Assembly: GCA_046290465.1 (NCBI GenBank)
Contig: JBKAGP010000001.1
Span: forward strand, 1,664,001-1,728,000
From: Planctomycetota bacterium
GTDB lineage: Bacteria > Planctomycetota > UBA1135 > UBA2386
Direction: 5' to 3'
Length of the DNA: 64,000 nucleotides
The position numbers and the translations under genes are program-made. The notes below the pieces were generated by a model that made no database searches, was not told the DNA's origin, and was given only the letters and a program-made list of their open reading frames with translations. Of this stretch, positions 9,386 to 20,635 are shown in pieces (the first letter of the stretch is position 1; each line of letters starts with the position of its first letter).

Positions 9386-12300
9386 ATGAGCCCGTCGCCC
9401 CCACCCAGCGAAGCCGAGATCGAACGCGTCGTGTTCGAATGCCTCGAGGCGGACGACGTCGACGCGGCGTTGCAGCGGCTCGAGCGGAAGCAGCCGGCGC
9501 TGGCGGACGCCGTCCGGCAGGCGCTGCAGGGGCTGCGCGACCGCGGCCTGGTGCCCGCCGCCGGCGGCGACGAACAGCTGCCCGAACGCCTCGGCGGGTT
9601 CCGGCTGGTGCGCCAGCTCGGCATCGGCGGCATGGGCGTCGTCTACCTTGCCGAACAGGAAGACCTGGCCCGCGAGGTCGCGCTCAAGCTGATCCGCCCG
9701 GAGCACCTGTTCTTCCCCGGCAGCCGCGAACGCTTCCGACGCGAGGTCGAGGCGGTCGCGCGCCTGCAGCACGTCGGCATCGCGCAGATCCACACCGTCG
9801 GCGAGGAGCGCGGGGTGCCGTTCTACGCGATGGAGTACGTCGACGGCCCGTCGCTGTCGGCGCTGCTGCAGCAGCTGGCGACCCGGGCGCCGGCCGAGGT
9901 GCGCGGCGCCGACGTGTTGCAGGCGGTGCGCGGCGACGCACCGCCGAACGAGCTGAGCGCGTCGTCGTCGTCGACGACCCGACGGCCGTTCGAACAACCG
10001 TGGACGCAGACCTGCGTCGACACCGCCATCGAGATCGGCGAGGCGCTGCAGCACGCGCACGAACGCGGCGTGCTGCACCGCGACGTCAAGCCCTCGAACG
10101 TGCTGATCACGCGCGACGGCCGCGCCCGCCTGGTCGACTTCGGCCTGGCGCGGCTCGAGGGCGCGCAGCAACTGACCGCGACCGCCTCGCAGGTCGGCTC
10201 GCTGCCCTACCTGCCGCCCGAGCACCTCGACGGCGCGACTGCGATCCCGAGCGCCGGCCAGGACGTCTATGCGCTCGGGGTCACGCTCTACGAGATGCTG
10301 GCGCTGCGCAGCGCCTTCCAGCGCGACACCGCCGAGCAGACCCGCGCGGCGATCCGCGACGGTCGCCCGGCGCCGCTGCGCGGCCGCAACCCGGCCGTCA
10401 ACGCCGACCTCGGCACGGTGGTCGCCACCGCGATGGCGCACGATCCGGGCCAGCGCTACGCGACCATGGCCGAGTTCGTGCGCGACCTCGACAACGTGCG
10501 CAACCGTCGGCCGATCGCGGCGCGCAAGCCGAGCATCTGGACCCGCGCCGGCCGCCTGGCGCAACGGCATCCGGCGACCACCGCGAGTGTCGCCGTCGCC
10601 ATCGTGGTGGTGGCGATCGCCGCGGTGCTGTTCGCCGCGTTCGAGAGCGCCGCCCGCCACCGCTCGGACTCGCTGCGCACCGCCGCCGAACAGCGCGCCC
10701 GCGAAGCCGCGGAGGTCACCGACTTCCTGGTCGAACTGTTCCGCTTCGCCAGCCCCGACCGCGCGCTCGGCGAGGAGCTGCCGGTCGGCGTGCTGCTGCA
10801 GCAGGCCGCCGGTCGCGTGCAGCGCGAGCTCGAGGACCAGCCCGAGGTGCGCGCGCGGCTGCTCGGCACGCTCGGCCGCGTCTACAGCTGGCTCGGCGAG
10901 AACGAACGCTCGGCCGAGATGTTCGCCGAGGCCGCGGCGCTGCTGACGGCGCGACGCGGCGCGGCGGACGCCGACGTGCTCGACTACCACAACTACGAGG
11001 CCATCGACCGCACCGTGCTCGGCGACTACGAGCGCGCCGAGGAGCTGCTGCAGGAGGTCGACGAACGGCTGGCCGCGACCGATCCCGCGCGGCGCCACCA
11101 GCTCGACCTGCAGACCCGCAGGACCCGCAGCGTGCTGCTGCACACCCGCGGCGACAGCGCCGGCGCCGAACGGCTGCACCGCGAAGTGCTCGACGCGGCA
11201 CGCCAGCGGCCGGACGAGCTGACGACCCTGTGCACCGCGACCCGCACGTTCGCGCGGTTCCTCGCCGGCGAGCAGCGCTACCGCGAGGCGTTGCCGATGT
11301 TCCGCGAGGCACTGGCGCTGCACCGCCGGGCCTACCCCGAGGGCCACCCGTCGACGGTCACGACGCTGCATTCGATGGCGACGACGCTGGCGAAGCTGCA
11401 CCGTTACGACGAGGCGGTCGAGCTGGTCCAGCTGGCGCTCGAGCAGTGCCGCCACGTGTTCGGCGAGCGCCACCCGCGCATGGCGCTGGTGCACCGCAGC
11501 GCGGCGGCGGTGTTCCGCAGCTCGGGAGACCTGCAGCGCGCGCTCGCCGAGATGCAGCGCTGCGAGGCGCTGGTCCGCACCCTGCGCGACGCCTCGAACA
11601 ACTTCTTCGCCCGCACCCTCAACGACCTCGGCATCACCTACCACGAGCTCGGCCGCTACGAGGACGCGCGGCGACTGCTCGAGGAGGCGCTGGCGGCGGC
11701 GCGCGAGGCGTTTGCCGGGGACCACATCCTGACCGCGGCGCTGCTGCTCAACCTCGGCAACGCCGAGAGCGAGTACGGCCGCGCCGCCGACGCCCTCACG
11801 CACGCCGACGCCGCCGTCGCGATGATGCGCCGCATCGACCCGGACGCGCGCAGCCTGCCGCAGAGCCTCAACACGCTGGCGCTGATCCAGAGCCGGGCGG
11901 GCGGCGGCGACTCGCTGCAGGCGGCGGTCGCGACGCTCGACGAGGCCTGCGCGCTGGCCGAGCGGCTCGGCGAACTGACCTGGGAGCTTGGCCGCGCCCA
12001 CGCGATGAAGTCGTATCTCGCCAACCTGCAGAACCGCGGTGCCGACGGCGAACGGTTCGCGCGGCGCGCGCTCGAGCTGCTCGACCAGGCCAATCCCAAC
12101 GACCACCAGCGCAAGGCGCTGACGCTCTACAACGTGGCCTGGGGGCTGCTGATCCAGGGCAAGGGGCTCGCCGAGGCGGAGCCGTTCCTGCAGCGTTCGC
12201 TCGCGATGTTCGAGCGCATGCCGCAGACCTACCCGGACAAGGCCTACCCGCTCAACCACTACGGCTACGAACTGCTGCAGGAGCGCGCCGCCGAGGCCCG

Positions 12301-12574
12301 GCCGCTGCTGCTCGAGGCGCTCGAGATCCGGCGCCGGGTGCTGCCGCGCGACGCGCGCTGGCGGCTGATCACCGCCATCAACCTGGCCAGCGCGCACCAG
12401 CGACTGCGCGAGTTCGAAGCCGCCGAGGCGCTGCTGCTGGAGGTCTACGAGGTGCTCGTCGACAAGCACGGCGAGCGCTCGCCGGAGGCCCGCTCGGGCG
12501 CGCAGCGGCTGGTGTGGCTCTACCAACGCTGGAACAAGCCCGAACGCGCCGCCCATTACGAAGCCCGGAAGTGA
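9386..12574 (+). CDS. Ser/Thr protein kinase with TM helix and C-terminal TPR repeats
   Basis: LGIGGMGVVY, VALKLI, HRDVKPSN, DFGLA, GSLPYLPPE, DVYALGVTLYEML; TM segment; TPR repeats (EALALHRRAY..HP). Confidence 0.93.
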   Translation: MSPSPPPSEAEIERVVFECLEADDVDAALQRLERKQPALADAVRQALQGLRDRGLVPAAGGDEQLPERLGGFRLVRQLGIGGMGVVYLAEQEDLAREVALKLIRPEHLFFPGSRERFRREVEAVARLQHVGIAQIHTVGEERGVPFYAMEYVDGPSLSALLQQLATRAPAEVRGADVLQAVRGDAPPNELSASSSSTTRRPFEQPWTQTCVDTAIEIGEALQHAHERGVLHRDVKPSNVLITRDGRARLVDFGLARLEGAQQLTATASQVGSLPYLPPEHLDGATAIPSAGQDVYALGVTLYEMLALRSAFQRDTAEQTRAAIRDGRPAPLRGRNPAVNADLGTVVATAMAHDPGQRYATMAEFVRDLDNVRNRRPIAARKPSIWTRAGRLAQRHPATTASVAVAIVVVAIAAVLFAAFESAARHRSDSLRTAAEQRAREAAEVTDFLVELFRFASPDRALGEELPVGVLLQQAAGRVQRELEDQPEVRARLLGTLGRVYSWLGENERSAEMFAEAAALLTARRGAADADVLDYHNYEAIDRTVLGDYERAEELLQEVDERLAATDPARRHQLDLQTRRTRSVLLHTRGDSAGAERLHREVLDAARQRPDELTTLCTATRTFARFLAGEQRYREALPMFREALALHRRAYPEGHPSTVTTLHSMATTLAKLHRYDEAVELVQLALEQCRHVFGERHPRMALVHRSAAAVFRSSGDLQRALAEMQRCEALVRTLRDASNNFFARTLNDLGITYHELGRYEDARRLLEEALAAAREAFAGDHILTAALLLNLGNAESEYGRAADALTHADAAVAMMRRIDPDARSLPQSLNTLALIQSRAGGGDSLQAAVATLDEACALAERLGELTWELGRAHAMKSYLANLQNRGADGERFARRALELLDQANPNDHQRKALTLYNVAWGLLIQGKGLAEAEPFLQRSLAMFERMPQTYPDKAYPLNHYGYELLQERAAEARPLLLEALEIRRRVLPRDARWRLITAINLASAHQRLREFEAAEALLLEVYEVLVDKHGERSPEARSGAQRLVWLYQRWNKPERAAHYEARK

Positions 12575-12575
12575 C

Positions 12576-13958
<1,383 letters not shown>

Positions 13959-13960
13959 CC

Positions 13961-14039
13961 GACTTGCCGTACGACTCGTCCGCGAGCGCGAGCGCTCGCG
14001 GAAGTTGGAGGATGAACCAGGTACCGTACGGCAAGTCAG
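13961..14039. repeat. REP/REPIN-like composite hairpin: one 37-bp unit, a partial inverted copy and an inner 10-bp stem
   Basis: GACTTGCCGTACG (13961-13973) is inverted to 14025-14037; inner stem 13979-14002. Unit 14003-14039 matches the copies at 53948-54330. Confidence 0.8.
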
Positions 14040-14530
14040 CTGAGGACTCCCTTTGGGGCGAAGGCGATGGCGTCGGGGCGGGCGTGGTGCACGCGTCGGG
14101 CGGCGTCGGCTGGCAGCAGGCGGTAGGTGTGCGTGCCGACCGGGCCGCCGCGCACGACGCACAGCTGGCCGGCGCGAACTTCCTGCGCCTCGCGCGAGGA
14201 CAGCTCGAGCCACGGCAGCGCTCCCTCCCGCGTCGCGAAGTAGAACTTCACCGTGCCGGGGCCGGGCTTCTTCGCGCTTGCGATCAGCTGGTCGACGGCG
14301 ACCTGCTCCTCGCGGCGCTTGCGCTCGCGGTCGAGCTGCTCCTGCTCCTTGCGGGTCTTCTCGCGGCCCTCGTCGCGCAGCTTCTGCACCTCGTCCTGGC
14401 GCTGCTTCGCCTCCTGCTCGAGCTGCTCGCGGCCCTTTTCCTTGCGCTCGACGCGCTGCTGGTGCGCGAGCTGCTTGGCCTTCTTGTCCGAGATCAGGTT
14501 GGCCTGCTTGAGCTGGTCGCGGAGGTTCAT
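14036..14530 (-). CDS. DUF2058/YaiL-like protein
   Basis: N-terminus MNLRDQLKQANLISDKKAK followed by a charged coiled coil and a FYF..VRAGQL beta region. Confidence 0.7.
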   Translation of the reverse strand: MNLRDQLKQANLISDKKAKQLAHQQRVERKEKGREQLEQEAKQRQDEVQKLRDEGREKTRKEQEQLDRERKRREEQVAVDQLIASAKKPGPGTVKFYFATREGALPWLELSSREAQEVRAGQLCVVRGGPVGTHTYRLLPADAARRVHHARPDAIAFAPKGVLS

Positions 14531-14613
14531 GCGCGCAGTCTAGTGCAGAGCGCAGCCAGATGGGGCCATATCCGCGCTGCGCAGGCGTTCGCCGGTGCGG
14601 CCGGCCGACCGCC

Positions 14614-14910
14614 TCAGGCGCCGCCGTCGACGAGGCCCGGGTGTGCCTGGTCGAACTTGACGGCGATCCCGACGTAGCCGGCGCCCATGTTCTCGGTGCG
14701 CACCAGTTCGCCGGTCAGCACGCCATCGCGGCCCTCGATCTCGACCTCGACCGGCACGCGCCCCTCGGCGACGAAGAACACCCCCTGCTCGGAGATGTTC
14801 TGGCCGTTGCCGACCAGCTGTTCGCCGCAGAACCGGATCGTGACCCGGCTGTCCATCTCGATGCGCTCGGAACGACGGTTCTCGATCGACGCCTGCTTGT
14901 CGTCAGTCAT
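14614..14910 (-). CDS. Stand-alone PilZ-domain protein (c-di-GMP binding)
   Basis: RxxxR (NRRSER) and (D/N)xSxxG (NISEQG) motifs; GGAGG SD upstream of ATG 14910. Confidence 0.8.
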   Translation of the reverse strand: MTDDKQASIENRRSERIEMDSRVTIRFCGEQLVGNGQNISEQGVFFVAEGRVPVEVEIEGRDGVLTGELVRTENMGAGYVGIAVKFDQAHPGLVDGGA

Positions 14911-14975
14911 GGGACCTCCAGCAGGCAGCATCGGCCGGCCCGCATGCGGGACTGAACCCGCAGAGCGACTGCACT

Positions 14976-15605
14976 ATGGTGCTCGCCGTGCAAGAGAGCC
15001 GCTACGACCGCGAACCCGGATACGCCGTTCGCTACCGCGACCGACGGTTCGTCACCGGGACCGGTGCAGGCACCGACCGCCGCGAACGGCGCGCGCTGCG
15101 CCAGCTGCTGCAGCTGGCGCAGTTCGACGTCGGCCCGTGGCTCGACGCGCCGTGCGGCGCGGGCCGGCTCAGCGACGAGTTGCCCGGGCAGGTCGTGCAG
15201 GTCGACCGCGACCGCGAGATGGTCGTCGCCGTCGGCGACGGTGCCACCCGCGCATGCGCCAGCGTGCACGCGCTGCCGTTCGGGAACGGGGCGTTCGCCG
15301 GTGTGCTGTGCATGCGGTTGCTGCAGCACATCGCGACAGCTGTCGAAAGAACCGACATCCTGCGCGAACTGCGCCGCGTCAGCCGCGGTCCGATCGTCGT
15401 GTCGTTCTTCGACGCCGGCAGCCTGCAGCACCTGCGGCGGCGCCTGCGACGACTGCGCGGCAAGCGCCGCAGTGGCCGGTTCGCGGTGTCGCGCGCCGGG
15501 TTTGCGCGCGAACTGGCCGACGCCGGACTCGAACCCCTGGCGATGCGGGCCCTGCAGCGGTTCGTCGGCGAGCAGACGCTCGTGCTGTGCCGGCCGAAAA
15601 TCTGA
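14976..15605 (+). CDS. Class I SAM-dependent methyltransferase
   Basis: Motif I WLDAPCGAGR, ALPF, CMRLLQHI, LRELRRV. The true start may be GTG 14988 (leaderless). Confidence 0.8.
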   Translation: MVLAVQESRYDREPGYAVRYRDRRFVTGTGAGTDRRERRALRQLLQLAQFDVGPWLDAPCGAGRLSDELPGQVVQVDRDREMVVAVGDGATRACASVHALPFGNGAFAGVLCMRLLQHIATAVERTDILRELRRVSRGPIVVSFFDAGSLQHLRRRLRRLRGKRRSGRFAVSRAGFARELADAGLEPLAMRALQRFVGEQTLVLCRPKI

Positions 15606-15675
15606 CGCGGTAGGGAAACCCCCCTCGTTCCGCGCCGGGCACCTGTCGATACCACGGGGAAGGAGAACCGCGGAC

Positions 15676-16119
15676 ATGGTCCCCATCACCCCTACCGAAC
15701 ACCCCTCCATCGCGCCGCAGCGCACGATCGACGAGCCGCGCACCGCCAAGGCGACGCGCGTGCTGCTGGTCGAGGACGAGCCGCTGACGGCCGAGGTCTT
15801 CGCTCGCGCGCTGACCCGCGCGGGCCACGTCGTCGACATCGCGCGCGACGGCCTGCAGGCGCTCCGCCACCTCCGCGAACGTCTGCCGAGCGTGCTGGTG
15901 CTCGACATGAGCCTGCCCGCCCTGTCGGGGGCGACCGTCGTGCGCGAGCTGCGCAACAACGGCAACGACCTGCCGATCGTCGTCGTCTCGGGCAGCGAGC
16001 AGCGGCAGAGTTCGCTGACGGACGACGAACTCGCGCCCGGCATGTGGCTGACCAAGCCGATCAAGCCGCGCGACCTGGTGCAGATCGTGCGCGACCTGGT
16101 CCAGGACCGCAGCGTCTGA
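15676..16119 (+). CDS. Single-domain response regulator (CheY-like receiver)
   Basis: VLLVEDE, phospho-acceptor VLDMSLP, IVVVSG, LTKP; AAGGAG SD upstream. Confidence 0.88.
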   Translation: MVPITPTEHPSIAPQRTIDEPRTAKATRVLLVEDEPLTAEVFARALTRAGHVVDIARDGLQALRHLRERLPSVLVLDMSLPALSGATVVRELRNNGNDLPIVVVSGSEQRQSSLTDDELAPGMWLTKPIKPRDLVQIVRDLVQDRSV

Positions 16120-16157
16120 GCGTTCGCCGTGCCGGACGGCGCCCGCCCGGCGCGCGC

Positions 16158-17675
16158 CTACCGCTGGTGGAACAGCCGCGTCGCGAACGTGGTCAGCTCC
16201 GGGCGTGACCACGCCGGCCCGTAGAGCCAAGGCGTCGGGCGGTCGTGCAGCCGGCCGAGGTCGAGGCCTTGGTTCTGTTGCTCGGAGCGTGACTCGACGA
16301 ACGTCATCAGGCGATCGATGCTCTTCGAGGCCGGGTAGCCGTCGAGCGACACGAACCGAACGGGCAGGCCATCGAGCTTGTCGAGCACCTGGATCGGCAT
16401 GGCGCCGCCGCCGATCAGCACGACGCCGCTGACGTGCGGCGCGAACCGACTCAGCTGCATCGCGACCACGGCCGCGGCCTCGCGGTCGCAGACCAGCAGC
16501 GGCTTGCGGCCACCGCTCGGCAGCACTTCGGGCAGCGCCTGGATCGAGGACAGCAGCGCCGCGGGATACGGACGGCCGCCGCCGGGCGAGTCGAACACCG
16601 CGACGTTCCAGCCCTGGGCGCGGCCGAAGTCGCCGAGTTCGCGCAGCAGCCAGTGGCCCTCGCGCACCGGCGGCGCCGCCGGCCGTCGGGCGGTGACGTC
16701 GTAGGTCGGGCAGCCGGTCGCGAACACGACGGTCGGCTGCGGCTTGCCGTCCGGCGCGAGCCGCAGCAGACAGGACTGGGTGATGTCGCCGTGCGGCAGG
16801 CCGGTCGGGACGACGCCGCGCATGCCGTGCAGCGGCGCGCGGTCGGCGGCGAAGTTCGCGAGGCACTGCTCGAGCCTGAGCAGGTCGTCGACGGCATCGC
16901 TGCGCACGGCGAACGCCTCGCCGGTGTAGGCGCGGGAGACCTGGCTCGCGAAGCCGTCGAGCAGCGCGCGCGGCAAGGGCTCGAGGTCCTTGCGCAGCTC
17001 GACCGCCTTGCCCATCGCCAGCTCGGCGCGGCGCTGGTAGCCGCGCAACACGTAAAACGGCCAGCGCAGGGTCGGGTCGTGCTCGCCCGGCTCGCTGCCG
17101 TCGAAGCGCGTCTGCAGCTCGACCTGGTAGGTTCCGTCGGCAAGCTCCGAGCACGGCACCGACACCTCGGCCTGCGCCAGCCGCACGTCGGCGATCGCGG
17201 TCTTGTGGGTCAGCAGTTTCTCGAAGACCTGGGCGCCGTCGGCGTCGCGCACGACGATGCGGAACGTCATGGCGCCGGCTTCGGGCAGCGCGAACGGCAG
17301 GTTGACCGAGAAGTTGGCCGCGCGACAGGCCTCCTGGCTGCCGTCGGGGTCGACGACCTCCGGCAGCACGAACAGACCGAGGGTCGTGCGCAGGCGGAAC
17401 GCCGCGTCCGACTTGACCCCGCGCAGGTATGCGAGCGCGTTCGCGACCGGCACGAACGGCACGCCGCCGTCGTCTTCGACCAGCAGCGCTGCGACCTTCT
17501 GCACGTCGGCATCGCGGCGCCCCTGCAGTTCGTCGAAGACCTGGGCCCGACGATGCTCGAGGTGGAGGTAGCCCCACCGTTCGCGATAGACCGGGCCTTG
17601 CGCCGATGCCATCGACGTCGTGACGCCGAGCAGCATGGTCAGGCCGACGACGAGGCAAAGCGACCGGTTGCTCAT
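16158..17675 (-). CDS. Exported hypothetical protein with degenerate alpha/beta-hydrolase-like C-terminus
   Basis: Signal peptide MSNRSLCLVVGLTMLL..ASA-Q. The C-terminal strand/helix pattern (PTVVFATG, GWNVAVFD, LLVCDREAA, SGVVLIGG) resembles esterases but lacks GxSxG. Confidence 0.6.
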   Translation of the reverse strand: MSNRSLCLVVGLTMLLGVTTSMASAQGPVYRERWGYLHLEHRRAQVFDELQGRRDADVQKVAALLVEDDGGVPFVPVANALAYLRGVKSDAAFRLRTTLGLFVLPEVVDPDGSQEACRAANFSVNLPFALPEAGAMTFRIVVRDADGAQVFEKLLTHKTAIADVRLAQAEVSVPCSELADGTYQVELQTRFDGSEPGEHDPTLRWPFYVLRGYQRRAELAMGKAVELRKDLEPLPRALLDGFASQVSRAYTGEAFAVRSDAVDDLLRLEQCLANFAADRAPLHGMRGVVPTGLPHGDITQSCLLRLAPDGKPQPTVVFATGCPTYDVTARRPAAPPVREGHWLLRELGDFGRAQGWNVAVFDSPGGGRPYPAALLSSIQALPEVLPSGGRKPLLVCDREAAAVVAMQLSRFAPHVSGVVLIGGGAMPIQVLDKLDGLPVRFVSLDGYPASKSIDRLMTFVESRSEQQNQGLDLGRLHDRPTPWLYGPAWSRPELTTFATRLFHQR

Positions 17676-17927
17676 GTGGGAAGAGTAGGTTGCGGAACTT
17701 GCCATCTTCAACAACGTGACCGTGGAGCGGGTATCCCGACGGCCGCCCAAGGTAACGCGGGGCCCGCGTCGGCTCGGCACACGACGTCGGGCACGGAGGC
17801 AGGCGGCCAGCCGGTCGGCCCCGCGTAGGATGCCCACGCGCGCCGCCGCCTGCGGTCGCCCGCTTCCTCATCGACAGACAACTCCCATTTGCTGCAACGC
17901 TCCGAGCCGCTGCGGCATACCCAAGGC

Positions 17928-20621
17928 GTGACCGTAGAACAGGACTTCGCTCGCTGGCTCGACGAACGCGACGCGGACGCCCTCGCGAGGGTGTTCGACG
18001 CCACGGGCAGGAGGCTGCTGCTGCTGGCCGCCCATCTGGTCGACGGTGCGTCGGCAGGCGACCTCGTGCAGGCCACGTTCCTCGCCGCCATGACGCGCGG
18101 AGCCAGCTGGGACCGACGACGCCCACTGCAGCCTTGGCTGGCCGGCGTCCTTCAGAACGAGGCGCGGATGCGGCGCCGCAGCCAGCGGCGACGCCGCGAG
18201 GTGCAGCTCGACGACGACGGCCAGGCGCTCGCAGCCCGATCGCCCACGTTGCTCGAATCGGAGGAAGTCCTGCAACACGTACTGCGGGCGATGGACGCCC
18301 TGCCGCTCGCCTATCGTCAGGTCCTCAAGCTCCGGCTGGTGCACGACCTGCAGCCCGTCGAGATCGCGCGCAGCCTGGAGATTCCGGTCGGCACCGTGCG
18401 CTCGCAGCTGCATCGCGGGCTCGCGCGGCTGCGCGCCGCGCTCCCCGCGAGCATCGCCTCTGCCGTTGCCCTGTGCATCGGCAACGACGCACTGCTCGCG
18501 CAGGCGCGCCAGCACGTCTTGCAGTCGGCCAAGGACCTCTCGACCGCCGCCTCCCCGCGCACGCCGACGGGCGCGACGGGCACCGCCATCCTCACCACCC
18601 TGCCGTGGTTCGTGACCATGAAAGCCAAACTGCTCGCCGCGACGGGTGCGGCCCTCGTTGCCCTGCTGCTGCTCGTGTCGCTCGACGAAGGACCTCCAGA
18701 CGCGCCGCCGTCCGCGCAGCCCGGCCCCGGGGCGATCCCTCGCAGTGCCGTCGCTGCCGCGGCGCAGCCGGACCCGCCCGTCGATCGTGAGCAGCTCGTT
18801 TCGAGCGCGGCGGCGGCCTGGCAGCTGACGGTCACGGTCTGCGATCGCGCAGGAACCGGGATCCCCGACGCGGCTGTGGACGTGTGGATCCAGCCGCGGA
18901 CAGGCAGCTACTGGAACCGTTCGTCGCAAAGCTTCTTGCGCGACGACCTGGCCAGCGGCCGCACCGACGCCGCCGGCATCTTCCGCCACGACCTGGCCGC
19001 CCTCCGAGAACCGTCGGCCGTCTGGCGGGCGACCAATACGCTTTGGGTCGAGGCGCGGCTGGCCGATGCCGCCCCGCGAACGCAGGGGATCGCGCTCGCC
19101 ACACTCGACGAGACGCGGCAGCTACGCACCAGGATCGTGCTCCAGCGCGGTCGGGCTGTCGTCGGCCGCGTGCTCGACGCGGATGGGCGGCCGCTGGAGG
19201 ACGCACGGGTGCAGGCGACCGCGACGGATGCATCCGTGCGCGTCGCCGACGGCCGGAGCCGCCGCGACGGGAGCTTCCACATCGCCATCGACGACGAGGC
19301 CCCCTGGCCCGCGCGGATCGCGCTACGGCATGACCGCGAAGGCACCGCACAAGCGGCGATCCCCGCGGGCGACCCCGGCGCCTTGGTCTGCGACGTCGGC
19401 GAGATCCGCCTCGACCCGGGGGCCGCGATCCGCGGCCGAGCGGTGCTCGGTGACGGCAGCCTGATCGCAGGGATCCAGATCGAACTGGACCCGATCGCGC
19501 TCGACGCCGGCGACGACCTCGCGAGCATCAAGCGTTGGCTGCGGAACCGCAGCCGCGCCGAGCGGCGCAAGCGCACCAAGACGACGACCGACGAGGACGG
19601 ACGATTCCGCTTCTCCGGTCTGACGGCGGGTGGACGCTACCTGGTGAAGACCTGGGGGGTGCGCCCGGTGCACCAGGTCGTGCGCCCGAGCAACGCCGCC
19701 ATCGAACTGCTCGTGGACCAGCAACTGCTCACGGTCGCCGTCGTGGACGGCGACGGCGCGGCCGTTCCCGGCGCCGCGGTCGCGCTCGACGGCTTCGACC
19801 CATCTGCGAGCAACCCGTCCTGGTCGAAACGCGAGGGCATTCCCGCCGAGGGCCAGGTCTGCGGCAACTGGATCCCGTGCGGCGACGACGCGGGCAACCG
19901 CGTGCTGCTGACGCCGTTCGGGTTCGTCTGGAGCGTCTATGCATCGGACGACTCGCTGCACGCGGCGACGACGCTGCACCGCGCCCAGCCGGGCGTGTAC
20001 CGCGCCACGGCGCAGCTGACCGTCGCGCCGGAGACGCAGGTCGGAGCGCTGCACGTGACCGCCTTCGATTCCGAAGGCCGACAGGTGCAAGCCGGGGTGG
20101 CGCTGCACGCGCTCGATCGCGACCTCTACCACGACCACCGACGCAGGGTGCCCGACCCGGACGGCCTGCGCTGCGAGCTGCCCGCCGGGCGGTGGCGCGT
20201 CGAAGCCGTTCTCGGCAAGGAGCTGATCTACCTGCACGGCAACGGCGGGTTCGCGCGCGGGCACCAGCAACACGAGGTCCTGATCGAGCCTGGCAAGACC
20301 GCCGAACTCCGTCTGGAGGCGCCGACCGCGGGCCTGGTTTCGTTCGAACTCAGCGGCACCGGCCTGAAGCCCGACACGTGGCGCGCGCTCCGGGTCGAGC
20401 ACCTGGGCCGCCCTGTCGAGGTCCTGCCCGTCGAGCCGCGCGAGCCGCGCCCCGCGACACGCCATCGAGCCGCTGTCCGCCGCCTGGTTTCGCGCGGCGC
20501 CTTCGCGCCGGGGCCGCACACGTTCCTGATCCGCGGCGAGGGATTCCACGACGCGACCGTGCACGTCGAGGTGGTCGCCGATGCGTTGGCGAAGGCGACG
20601 GTGCAGCTGTTTCCGCGGTAG
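17928..20621 (+). CDS. ECF sigma factor fused via TM to carboxypeptidase-regulatory-like domains (second copy of this architecture)
   Basis: SAGDLVQATF..WLAGVLQN; sigma4 LPLAYRQVLKLR..PVEIARSL..GTVRSQLHRGLARLR; TM; GRVLDADGRPLEDARV, TTTDEDGRFRF. Confidence 0.85.
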   Translation: MTVEQDFARWLDERDADALARVFDATGRRLLLLAAHLVDGASAGDLVQATFLAAMTRGASWDRRRPLQPWLAGVLQNEARMRRRSQRRRREVQLDDDGQALAARSPTLLESEEVLQHVLRAMDALPLAYRQVLKLRLVHDLQPVEIARSLEIPVGTVRSQLHRGLARLRAALPASIASAVALCIGNDALLAQARQHVLQSAKDLSTAASPRTPTGATGTAILTTLPWFVTMKAKLLAATGAALVALLLLVSLDEGPPDAPPSAQPGPGAIPRSAVAAAAQPDPPVDREQLVSSAAAAWQLTVTVCDRAGTGIPDAAVDVWIQPRTGSYWNRSSQSFLRDDLASGRTDAAGIFRHDLAALREPSAVWRATNTLWVEARLADAAPRTQGIALATLDETRQLRTRIVLQRGRAVVGRVLDADGRPLEDARVQATATDASVRVADGRSRRDGSFHIAIDDEAPWPARIALRHDREGTAQAAIPAGDPGALVCDVGEIRLDPGAAIRGRAVLGDGSLIAGIQIELDPIALDAGDDLASIKRWLRNRSRAERRKRTKTTTDEDGRFRFSGLTAGGRYLVKTWGVRPVHQVVRPSNAAIELLVDQQLLTVAVVDGDGAAVPGAAVALDGFDPSASNPSWSKREGIPAEGQVCGNWIPCGDDAGNRVLLTPFGFVWSVYASDDSLHAATTLHRAQPGVYRATAQLTVAPETQVGALHVTAFDSEGRQVQAGVALHALDRDLYHDHRRRVPDPDGLRCELPAGRWRVEAVLGKELIYLHGNGGFARGHQQHEVLIEPGKTAELRLEAPTAGLVSFELSGTGLKPDTWRALRVEHLGRPVEVLPVEPREPRPATRHRAAVRRLVSRGAFAPGPHTFLIRGEGFHDATVHVEVVADALAKATVQLFPR

Positions 20622-20635
20622 GCCGGCCGCCCCCG

